64,000 nucleotides of DNA from Dictyostelium discoideum (lineage: Eukaryota). Within the stretch, counting starts at the first letter, position 1. Every line of letters starts with the position of its first letter. A model generated the notes under the pieces. It did no database searches and was not told the origin of the DNA. It saw nothing but the letters and a program-made list of their open reading frames with translations. Both the position numbers and the translations under genes were made by a program. The stretch is from positions 928,001 through 992,000 of the forward strand of contig CM000152.2 in assembly GCA_000004695.1 (NCBI GenBank), read 5' to 3'. Below, piece by piece: positions 28,161 to 40,064 of the stretch.

Positions 28161-28646
28161 ATCTTTTGTTTTGTTATCAAAAAAAAAAAAAAAAAAAAAG
28201 AAAGGGTGAGATTTTTTTATAACTATTATTATTATTTTTTTTATAAAAAAAAAAAAAAAAAAATCAATAAAGTGAAAGGTTATAGTAGTAGTAGAAAGTG
28301 AGTGTAGTAGTGTAAACTATTAATAATTAAATAAAATCACAATTTTAATGTGTTTGGTGTTTATTTTTGCCTTTGTGTTCTTTTTATAATTATTATTATT
28401 ATCATTTTGTTTAATTTTGTTTAATTTTGTTTATTTTTTTTGCTTGTTTGAAAGTACTTTTTTTTTTTTTATTTTTTTTTTATTTTACATTGATGTTATT
28501 AATATAATACCCACACCACAAAAAACCCACACACAAACCATCATAACAGTACTGTCATACTCTTTAATTTAATAGATAGTACATGGTGAGTGAAAATGTG
28601 TGTGTGTGTGTTTGTGTGTGTTGGGAGATTAGAATTATTATTATTT

Positions 28647-28684
<38 letters not shown>

Positions 28685-29162
28685 ATTTAATTATTTAATT
28701 ATTTAATTATTTAATTTTTTAAAATTTTAATAATAGAAATTAAAAAAAAAATAAAAAAGTGATGGAAATTGGTTCAGTGTTTTAACGAGTTCCAGATTTA
28801 ATTCCCATCATTAAATGTAAAGACATGAAAGTGGATCTAAAAAAAAAAATAATTAAAATAATTTATAAAAAAAAAAAATTAAACCAAAGAAAAAAAAAAA
28901 AAAAAATCTAAGTGATGTGATTTTTGAGATTGGACGTTGTTCACACAATAAAAAATAAATAAATAAATAATATAAATAAATAAATAAATAAAATTTAATA
29001 AATAAAAATAAAAATAAAAAAAAAATAAATATCACATTGTGATGTGAATTTAGACAAATCTTTACCTTTTTTTGATTCAGTAAATAAAATAATTTAAACT
29101 AAAATAAGGTGAAAAAGATTTTGGAAAAAATAAAAATTTATTTTAAAAATAATTTTTTTAAA

Positions 29163-29203
<41 letters not shown>

Positions 29204-30183
29204 GTGGTTAAAAAGTACTTTTATTTATTAAATTCCAATTGGAATTGTTGTATCTCTAATAATTGTTTATTTCTTTACAGTGCAACAATCACTTGGTTTT
29301 GTAATGACAAATAAAAAAAATATAAAAAAAAATAAAAATAAAAAAAATAAAAAAAATAAAAAAATAAAAATAAAAAAAAAAAAATATCTGTTCATTTTTT
29401 TTTTTTTTTTTATTTTTTATTTTACCGTTTGCAAAATGTGAAAAATATCCAACTTTCGTTGAAACATTACATTATGAGAAATTTAGATGGAAAAGAGGAA
29501 TGTGAATCTTATGTATCTACTTATTATTATCATTATTTATAATTTTATTTGATTATTTTTAATTTTATTACTTTTTTATTTTTTATTTTATATTTATTTT
29601 TATTTTTATTTTTATATTTGATCAAAAAAAAAATAATAAAAAAATAAAATAAAAATTTTTAAAAAAGATAAAAAAATAAAATAAAATTTTTTTTTTATTA
29701 TTCATTCTTTTTTTTTTTTCTATTCATTTTTAAAAACAATCCTCAATTCCAATATCAGCTTCATTAAATTGCATTTAATAGGTATCATGACAGTATAATT
29801 TAAAAAACTGAAGTTTTTAATCCTTTGATACCCTTACAATTTTTATTCAAATTATTAAATTAATTTAAAAGTTATTGGATAAACATCCTCCCACCTTAAA
29901 TTTTATTTTTAATTTATTTATTATATTTTTTTTAATGAAATTAAAAAAAAAAGAAAAAAAAAAAAAAAATGTAATTTTTTGGTAAATCAAAAAAAAAAAA
30001 ATAAAAAAAAATTCAATTTGGCTCACCACATGCGATAAACCAAAAAAATTATTATCACAAACGAGCAATGGGTTGATAAATTTAGGTTGTTTCTTTATGA
30101 ATTTTCATTGAAAGGGATTTTTGAGATTAATTAAAAGAATTGAGAAACTTTTTAGATTTGGACCCATGGGCACAAAATAAAAA

Positions 30184-30219
<36 letters not shown>

Positions 30220-30559
30220 TTGTTGTTGTGTTTGTTGGTTTAATTAATTATTTGGGTTGAATCTTTCAAAATAATATTAACAATAAAAAATAATAATAAT
30301 AATAAATAATAAATAATAAATAAAATAATAATAAAATAAATAATAAATAATAAATAATAAAAAAATAAATAATAAAAATATATAATAATAAAATAAAATA
30401 GGTAAGGAATGTTCTTTTTTTTTTTTTTTTTTTTAATATTTTCAATCACCTGCTGGTTGATTATTGAAACCTTTTTCTTTTTTTTTTTTTTTTTTGATTT
30501 TTTTTTATTTTTTATATATTTTTTTTGATTTTTTTTTTGTAGCGGACAAATTTTCATTT

Positions 30560-30590
<31 letters not shown>

Positions 30591-31759
30591 TTTTCTTTGA
30601 GTGTGTCCATCGAGAGAACTTACGTATAGAAGAAAATAAAAGGTGTGGGTTATAACAATATAATGTATTTTTATTTATTTTTCATCACTTTTTTTTTTTT
30701 TTTTTTTTTTTCAATACAAATTAAATAAAATAAAAATAATAAATAAAACGATAAAAAATAAAAAAATATGTACGATAAAAATAAACCAAAATATAAAATA
30801 TAAAAATATAAAAATATAAAAATATAAATAACTACATTATAAACCCAACCATTTGTCATATTTATAAATATTTTAACTTCTCTATGAACCTTAATAAAAT
30901 GACAAAATAACGAAACCTGCACTTTTTCTATTTTAATATTAATATAGAGCGTGTACTCTTATTTTTAAATAAATCATTGGAGAGAAGACTTAAATATTTT
31001 ATAAAACGAATTTTTTTTGCAATAACTGTTTTTTATTTTCCAGAAATCATTTTTATAATTTTTTAATTATTATTTTTTTTACTTTTTTTTTTTTATTTTT
31101 TTATTTTTTATTATTTTATAATTTTTTATTTATTTATTTTTTTTTTTTTTTCAATAATCGCCAATGATTTTTAAATTAAAATCATTCATTCGATAATTTG
31201 AATAAACAAACAAAGAAAAAAAAAAAAAAAAAAACAATAAATAAAAATAAATAATAAAAATAGAAATAAATAATCAAAAAAAAAAAAAATTATAATAATT
31301 TAATCAAAAAAAAAAATTAATTTAGATTTGTAAAAATATTTTTTTTTACCAGCTGATCTAAATTCGTAATTAAATTTTTATTTTTTTCAATTTTTATTTT
31401 TTTTTTTATTTTTGTCGAAAAAAAAAAAAAAAACGAATAAAATAAGGGCATTCATTAATTTTTTCTTTTTTTTCTATAATTATTTTTTAAAAATAAAAAA
31501 AAAAAATTTTTTTTTTTTTTTATTCCACTCCGATTGTCACCTGCCATTCCATTTTATTTATTATTATTTTTTTTTTTTATTTTTTATTTTTGTTTATTAA
31601 ATTCAATCAAAAAAAAAAAAAATTTAATAAAAATAATAAAAAAAAAATTATCCTCAAATTTATCTATGTCATTACCATCAAAATCATTCATACAATATTA
31701 CCAACATACTCAACATTTATAACAATAACATCAACATCAACAAATAAAATAGAAAAGAA

Positions 31760-32489
31760 ATGCCATCCCAAAGCAATAATGTTATTACATCTTCTACAGC
31801 CTCATCATCAATGAGTTCGTCATCCAATAGTTCTGATGCATCATCAACATCATCGTCAAACACCAACAATGCACATTCCTCCAACAACCAATTTGTGAGT
31901 GGCCAATTAAATTTAGTTGGAAATACTCACACAAAAATTAATGATAATTATGAAATTATTTCAAAAATAGGTGAAGGTATTTCAGGGTAAGTTTTTTTTT
32001 TTTCTTTTTTTTCCTTCTTTTTTTTTCTAAACAATTATTAATTTTTTTTTTTTATTATTTTTTTTTTATTTTTATTTTTTTTTATTTTTAGATCTGTATT
32101 TAAAGCAATTAAAAAAGGTACAGAAGAAATGGTTGCACTTAAAAATTTTAAAGGTTGGACTGAAGGTGATAGAGCCTCAAAGGAAGAATGTTCATTATTA
32201 CAACAATTAAGACATATTCCATATATTACACCAGTCATCGATATCTATACAAATTTTGAAACCTCAGAGTATATCATTGTATTTCCATACTTTGAACATG
32301 ATCTCTCTGGTCTTTTAAGTGAACATAGACTATCAATTCCACAAGTTAAATGTTATTTCAAACAATTATTAGAGGGTATAAATGAAATTCATAATGCTGG
32401 TGTTATGCACAGAGATATTAAAGGTAATTTATTATTATTATTATTATTATATTTCTCATTTTTTTTTATTATTTTTTATTTGTTTTCTC

Positions 32490-32527
<38 letters not shown>

Positions 32528-34183
32528 ATCAAAAAAAAAAACAATGGTATTTTCATAAAAAAACAAAAAAAAACGTTCACCCCCCAACTGACATTCAACT
32601 TCAATTTTATTTTTTTTTATTTTTTTATTTTTCCCAAATTTCCGTTTTTTTTTTTTTTTTTTTTTTCGCCAAATTTTTTGATTTTTTTATTTTAATTTTT
32701 TTTTAATTTTTTTTTATATAGCTGCAAATTTACTTGTAAATAATAAAGGATCATTATTTATTGGTGATTTAGGTACAGCAACATCATATACAAAAAGATC
32801 AGTATTTTCAAGTAAAGTTGTAACATTATGGTACAGAGCACCAGAATTATTATTGGGATCAACTCAATATGGACCAGAAATTGATATGTGGTCAATTGGT
32901 TGTGTTTTAATTGAATTAGTTACTTCACGTAACTTTTTACCAGGTAGTTCTGAACAACAACAGCTCGAGGCAATTTGTAAATTATGTGGTACACCAACTG
33001 ATGAAATTTGGCCAAACGTTTCTCAATTACAAAACTTTAATCAAATTTCACATTTACCAGTTTATCCAAGTAGATTAAGAACTGTTTTTAAAAAGTAATT
33101 ATTATTATTTATTATTATTTTTACATTTAAAAATATTCTATAAATTTATTTTATTAATTCATCTTTTTTTTTTTTAATAATTTTAATTTTAATTAAATTT
33201 TTAGCTTTTCAAATGATTTTATAGAATTATTAGAAGGTTTATTAACATTAAATCCAAAGAAAAGATTAACAGCTGAACAAGCATTACAATCACCATTTTT
33301 TACAAATCATCCATTACCATTTAAACCAGAGAATATGCCAGGTTATCAACCAATTCATGTTTTGGAAGCAGTTCAAAAGAGAGTTCAACAACAACAAGAA
33401 TTGGAACAACAAAAGAAACAAGAGGAACAAAAGAAACAACAAGAGGAACAAAAGAAATTAGAAGATCAAAAGAAACAAGAGGAACAAAAGAAACAAGAAG
33501 ATCTATTAAAGAGACAAAGATTGTTAAAGAGACAACAAGAATTAAAGAAACAACAAGATGAACAACGTCAACAAGAATTAATCAAAAAACAACAAGAACA
33601 AGAACAATTAAGATTAAAAGTTGAACATGAAAAACAAAGACAAGAACAAGAAAGATTAAGATTAATTCAACAAGAACAAGAAAGATTAAAAAGACAACAA
33701 CAAGAACATGAACAAAGATTACAAAGAGAACAACAACAACAATTAAATCAACTACAACAACAAAAAGAATCACCTTTAAATAATAGTTATGGTAAAATTA
33801 ATTTAAAGAGATCTTTAGATTTAGTTAATGATATTAGAAATTATTGTACAAGTGAAACTGAAAGTGAATATGAAAGTGATGAAGAGGACTTTTATACTGA
33901 AGAAGAAGTTGAAGATTATTCAAGTGATGAAGAAGATGATTATTATAATGCTCAATCAAATAAATCACTTTATACTCCAATTAAAGCAATGATTCAACAA
34001 CATAATAATAATCAACAACATCAACAACAATATCCATATAGTCAACAACAACAAGAACCAATTTCATCAAATCCATTTTTACAACCACCAAAGAAACAAA
34101 GAACTGCATCAACAGGTTTCAATAATAACAATGGTAATAATAATAATAACAATAATTTATCAACTCCACTCACTATTCATTAA
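31760..34183 (+). CDS. CDK-family (CDK9/CDK12-like) serine/threonine kinase with a long C-terminal K/E/Q-rich coiled-coil tail. Four exons: 31760..31986, 32092..32423, 32722..33094 and 33205..34183.
   Basis: Kinase motifs: GEGISGSVFKA (G-loop), VALK, HRDIKAANLL (compare CDK9 HRDMKAANVL), TLWYRAPELLLG, DMWSIGCVLIEL, and a C-terminal LTAEQALQSPFF. All donors are GTAAGT or GTAATT and all acceptors are AG. Phases were checked at each junction. Confidence 0.75.
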
Positions 34184-34599
34184 GTTTTTTATAGTCGGTG
34201 ATAGTATGAATACTTTATTGTTTTAATCATCACACACATCAATTTCTCTTTTTTTTCTCCAAAAATATATTCTTAATCATGTCCGATCTTTTACCAATTT
34301 TATAAAAAAAAAAAAAAAAAAAAAAAATCAAAAAAAAAACCAAAAAAAAAAAAAAAAACCAAAAAAAAAAAAATCAAAAAAAAAAAAAATAATCTAATTA
34401 ATCTTGATCGATTTATCCAAATTTATCAAAATTGTTTTTCGCGCAAAAATGTATACAATATTAAAAAAGTAATGTACATATTTATACATACATAAATAGA
34501 TCATATAATCAACTATCTTTTGTATGTCAACCCTTCCCTCTTTTTTCTCTCTCAACTTCCCCTCTCTCCGATTGCCAATAATTCCACAACCCTCTCCAC

Positions 34600-34720
34600 T
34601 CAATCGATCAACCCATAAAATTTTTTCAAACACACACACACAACAATCAATCCGGAAATCCACAATCTTAAAAAATTATGGATGCATCTTTGCTCTCATT
34701 GGGTTTTTTTTCAATAAAAA
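34600..34720 (+). promoter_or_regulatory. Candidate small-ncRNA promoter. A DUSE-like motif AACCCATAA sits at about 34609-34617. About 60 nt downstream lies a short non-AT segment (ATGGATGCATCTTTGCTCTCATTGGG) that ends in a T8 run.
   Basis: The CCCATAA core matches the Dictyostelium upstream sequence element that sits about 60 nt upstream of class I RNA and snRNA genes. The T-run could be a Pol III terminator. No RNA family was assigned. Confidence 0.3.
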
Positions 34721-34771
34721 ATTCAAAATTGCGCTTGGTATGGTCTTTAACACAACTTACTTCCTTTTATC

Positions 34772-34815
<44 letters not shown>

Positions 34816-34951
34816 ACCATCTACTCTCAAATCTACTATTGCAAATAATTAATTTAAAATATTTAAATAATTTTTTTAAATTAATAAAAAAGTAATAAAA
34901 AAAAAAAGAGAAGTTTTTGATTCACTTAAAAAAAAAAAAAACACACAGAAT

Positions 34952-34970
34952 TTAAATTCCAAATTTATTT

Positions 34971-35005
<35 letters not shown>

Positions 35006-35877
35006 GTTATTATAAGTTGATGGTGTATAAATGATTTGTTGTTTTGATTGTATGATTGGTTGTTGTATTAATGATGATTTCGATGATGCTTTTCTTTTTT
35101 CTTTTTCAAATACAATCTTTAAACCTTTATTGAAATTAGCAGAAGCTTTTATACTATAAAATAAAACCATTGCTCTTGAAATTATTGAGATGACACAAAA
35201 TAATAAAATTGGAATTGCAAATTGAATTCTTCTATTTTCTGCATTTGTACCATTCACAAGGTCAAGAATTATTAATGTCATTCTCCATATACAAAATCCA
35301 ACTGTAATCCAAGATGTACATAAAAATATTTTGAATATTTTTTTATCTTCTTTCTTAATACCATGATAACCAATTAAAGCCCATACAAAATTTAATAAAA
35401 ACACTGAAACATCTATATAGATTTCATAAATATGATTTAAATAAAATAATATTAAATTTGAAACAACTAATCCTGATATAAAAACATCAATTTTAATGAG
35501 TGATAAGAAAATTTGATAATTTTTATATAATTCTATAATATAAATTTTTAAATTTTAATAAATTAAAATGGTTAGTAAAATAATATATATTTATTTTTCC
35601 AAAATTTTAACTTACTTCTTAATTCAATACTTGTTCCAATTTTCCTGTACAATTTCCAACCAAATTTTTTATAAGAAAAAATACCTAAAATTATATTTAG
35701 AGGTATAAAAACCAATACTGATATAAATCTTATTGAATTTAATACATCTCTATTAAATGTCCAAATATGGTAAAATTGATATGTACCACCCATTGAAATG
35801 GTTGACATTATAAGAATAAATAAAAATAATTGAAATTTATTTTCTTTCCAAATCTATTTTATTTTAAAATTATTAAT

Positions 35878-35935
<58 letters not shown>

Positions 35936-36345
35936 AAAAAATTTTCTTTATTACATACCGAATCAAAAGAATAATAAAATAAGAATAAAGAACATGATAA
36001 ACCTAATATTGAAATTTTTACATTGTCATCCCACCCATCCCATTTGGCAAATCTTATTACAAGCATTGATAAACCAAAAATTAATTCTAAGAAAACACAA
36101 ACTAAAAATATTTTACCAATTGCAGGAATATCAAAAAATTCCGACTTCTTTTTCTGTTATTTTATTATTATAATATTAATATTATTATTAATTAATTATT
36201 TAGTAATTTTTATTTTTAAATTATTTACTTTATTTTAAATACTAACCTTTGGGAATATATCTATAAAAAGTTCTTCATCTTTTACAATTTCATTCGTAAT
36301 ATTATTGTAATCGTTAAAGATTATATTTTGATCTTTATTAATATA

Positions 36346-36405
<60 letters not shown>

Positions 36406-36582
36406 GTTATTTATATCTAGAGTATTATAATAATTATTATGATTATTTAGATATGGTGCAGAAGGGAGAGGAGTTGGTTGTGATTGATAGGTAGTTGATG
36501 ATGATGATGGGCCATAATAAATGTTGTTTTTATTTTCACCTAATAAATTATCCATACTACTATTACTTCTACTTCCATTCAT
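34952..36582 (-). CDS. Multi-pass transmembrane protein of unknown function. Multi-exon; ORF blocks at 36582..36235, about 36150..35960, 35808..35572 and 35404..34952.
   Basis: Co-oriented ORFs have hydrophobic helix-rich translations (FAIPILLFCVISIISRAMVLFY; VLVFIPLNIILGIFSY). The N/S-rich N-terminal exon has an (AAT)n polyN tract. Exact splice sites were not resolved. Confidence 0.4.
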
Positions 36583-36833
36583 TTTTTTTTTTTTTTTTTT
36601 AAAAAAAAAATAAAAAAATTATAAAATTTTTTAATTATACTATAAAGATTAAAAAACTAATAAATAAACTTGAAAATAGTTTCCCTATAAAATTCCAAAT
36701 TGCATACAATGAAAATAAATAGTTAATAAAATAGTTTGAAAATAAAAAAAAAAAATAAAAAAAAAAACTTATAATTTTAAAAAATGGTGGTGGTATATAA
36801 GAATTATTATAAAATAAATAAAATGGAAAGAAA

Positions 36834-36869
<36 letters not shown>

Positions 36870-37268
36870 TTATAATTATTTTTATAGATTAAAATTAAAA
36901 GTATAACTAATAAATAATATTATTTTAAAAAATAAATTTATTATAAAAATTACCCCATCCACTAATATATATTTACCTGTTAAAATTTAATATTAACTTT
37001 CAATGGCTTTACCTAATTTAAATAATAAGGAAAATAATAAATAATAATAATAATAAAGAAAAAAAATAAAAAAGAAAAATTTATATTATAAAAATAAAAA
37101 AAAATAAAAAAAAAATAAAAATAAAAATAATAATAAAAATTAAATTAATTACATTGTTTAAAGCCAGTAAATAAAAAAAAAAAAAAAAAAAAAAAATCAA
37201 TGCAAACAATTACCATTGGTAATTCCACACCCCTCTTAACTTTTTTTTATTTTTTTTTTTTTATTATC

Positions 37269-37299
<31 letters not shown>

Positions 37300-37452
37300 T
37301 GAAATTTAAAAATTTAAAAATGGTAGTGTTAAGATGTGTGAAAAATGTGGGTGATCCAAAAGATTAAAAAAAAAAAAAATCCAAATAAAAATAAAAATAC
37401 TTTTTTAAACAAAACATGTCAAAAAATATAAAAAAAAAAAAAAATTATTTTT

Positions 37453-37914
37453 TTATTGTTTATAATCTATATTTGGATCTTTAATTTCCCCAGGATTATT
37501 ATTATCGTTATTATTATTGAAATGGTTATCTAAATTATCTAAATTATTAAAATTATTTTCTTCATCACGATTATCATTATCATTACCATTATCGTTATCA
37601 GTTGTAGTAGTAGTAGTAATTTCACCATAAGTATTTCTTCTTAAAAAACCTTGATCACCAACCCATTTCTTTTTATTGACAATATATTGTTTATTATTTT
37701 GTCTAATTAAAGTATCAATTAATAATTTCAAAGATTCAACCAATGAATCACAAACTTGTTCACTTTCACCCAATGATTTCATTGATAGAATAGTTGCCTC
37801 CATTGTTGAAATTCTATCAACTTGTGGTTGACTTCTAATTGTATTAAATAATGATTTAAATTTTAAATCTCCAAATTCTAAATGTATCTATTTTTAATTA
37901 AAAAAATTAGTGTA

Positions 37915-38005
<91 letters not shown>

Positions 38006-39016
38006 TAATAATAAAAAAAAAATAATAAAATAGTATACTCTTTTTATATCTTTTGGTATCCTTTTATTAAGTGATTTTGCATTATTCCAAGTACCATCAG
38101 CAATAATAATTGTTAATTTCTCTAATTTATCAATATCAGAACCATCTTTAAAATTAATTTTTTTAATTGAATCTGTAATTGTAGTAATATCATTCTCGAA
38201 ATCATCATCATTAAGATTTTCTTTTTCATTTATTTCATTATTATTTAAATTTTTTTTAAATAATTTATCATTATCTAAAATTATTGATTTTGATTTTAAA
38301 ACATCTTTAATATTAATTGAATCTTTTGAAGGGAATAAAACAAAAGTTGAATCTCTTGAAGATGATTCTAATTTTTTGAAAAATAATTCCTCATCTTGTT
38401 TTTCACCCATTATATAGATTTTTGAAGATGATGAAAAAGTTTGATTATTTATATTATTATAAATTGATGAAGAGTAGTCTGGTGACATTGTTGTTGAATG
38501 ACCACCACTGCCACTGCCACTACCACTACCGCCATCTCTATTCTTAAAATTACTTTTATCACAAAGTAATAATAATTTACCTGTATTACTTGCTCTACAC
38601 CATTCATTTGGATGAAATACAAAGATATATTCATGTTTTAAATCAACTTTATTCACTTTTGAACAAATACAATTTGTTAAGAGTAACCAACAATCATTAC
38701 ATTTTAAATCCTCTTTAAAGTATGAGAATTTTCTTTCCTTAACACCATCATTAATTTGAGTGTAAATTAATTTATTAACTTCTCTATTCTCTCCTGATAT
38801 CGGTTTAACAAATTCTTTTTTAAATTCCATTTTATTTAATCTTCTTTCATTATTAATTTCTTTTCTAAATTTTCTTTTAATTTCATTATTACCATTTTCA
38901 TTTTCATTTTCATTTTGAATTGTTGATGTTAAATTTTGTATTGGTGGTGTTGAATACATAATATTTGTTTGTTTTAGTTTTGAAATTGAATAATAAAGTT
39001 TACTTCTAACAAACAT
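37453..39016 (-). CDS. DTW-domain protein (DTWD/TapT-like tRNA-uridine aminocarboxypropyltransferase family). Two exons: 39016..38039 and 37887..37453.
   Basis: Signatures: CxxC...CxC cluster KCNDCWLLLTNCICSKV, the eponymous IIIADGTWNNAKSL, and the downstream family motif RISTMEATILSM. GTATAC donor at 38038..38033 and AATAG acceptor at 37889..37888. The intron is 151 bp and filled by (AAT)n. Confidence 0.7.
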
Positions 39017-39113
39017 ATAAAAAAAAAAAAAAAATGAAAAATAAAAAAATCTGAATCGAAAAAAAAAAATAATGGAGAGGGGTAAGGTTAAAAAATTTTA
39101 ATGGAAATTTATG

Positions 39114-39152
<39 letters not shown>

Positions 39153-39225
39153 AAAATAATTTTATTTATAAAAAAAAAAAAAAAAAAACGAACGAAATTT
39201 ATATATAAATATATATAAATAAAAA

Positions 39226-39868
39226 ATGAATATAAAAAGAAATAAACCAAATATTTTAATTACAGGTACACCAGGTACAGGTAAAACATCACTTGCAGGT
39301 GTTATTGCATCAAATAATGAAATGAATCATATTGATATTTCATCAGCTGTTAAAGAAAAGGAATTACATGATGGTTGGGATTCAGAATTTCAATGTTACA
39401 TTTTAGATGAAGATAAAGTTTGTGATGAATTTGAAGATGTCATGGTTAAAGGTGGTAATGTCGTTGATCATCATGGTTGTGAATGGTTCCCTGAACGTTG
39501 GTTTGATTTAGTAATTGTATTAAGAACTGATATTAAAATTTTAAATGATAGATTAGAAAAAAGGTAAAAAAAAAAAAAAAAAATAATAGTAATAATAACA
39601 CCGAACCCCCCCCCCCTGTCTCCTCCCCCCCATTTCTTTTCTTTATTCTTATCTTTTTTTTATTTTTATTTTTTTACAGAAATTATAATCAACATAAAAT
39701 TACAAATAATTTAGATTGTGAAATTATGCAAGTTATTTTAGATGAAGCAAGAAACTCTTATAAACAAGAAATTGTTGTAGAATTACCATCAACCACATTG
39801 GAAGATAATGAAAATAATCAAAACTTTATTTCACAATGGATTCAAAATTGGTATGAAAAGAATAATTA
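39226..39868 (+). CDS. ak6: Adenylate kinase isoenzyme 6 (AK6/Fap7/hCINAP family). Two exons: 39226..39563 and 39680..39868.
   Basis: Signatures: PNILITGTPGTGKTSLAG P-loop, DGWDSEF, VDHHGCEWFPERWFDLVIVL, and in exon 2 LDCEIMQVILDEARNSY...ISQWIQNW. The GT donor after AAAAG and the ttttacag acceptor are phase-consistent (AG+A gives Arg). Confidence 0.8.
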
Positions 39869-39898
39869 AATAAAAGAGTTTTATTAATTTATTTATTG

Positions 39899-39930
<32 letters not shown>

Positions 39931-40064
39931 GGAAAAGGATTTACATTATGATAAATAAAATAAATATATAATTATTATTATATATTTCTTTTTTTCTTTT
40001 TTTTTTTTTATTATTATTATTAAATTTTGTTTTGTTTTGTTTTGTTTTTTTTTTTTTTTTTTTT

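Noticed and set aside
34524-34895. 123-aa plus-strand ORF (MSTLPSFFSLNFPSLRLPIIPQPSPLNRST...) that overlaps the C-rich island.
   Set aside because: Its composition is driven by the C-rich tract. It has no codon-usage signal, no domain and a polyK tail from a poly(A) run. I treat the region as a candidate ncRNA or regulatory element instead.
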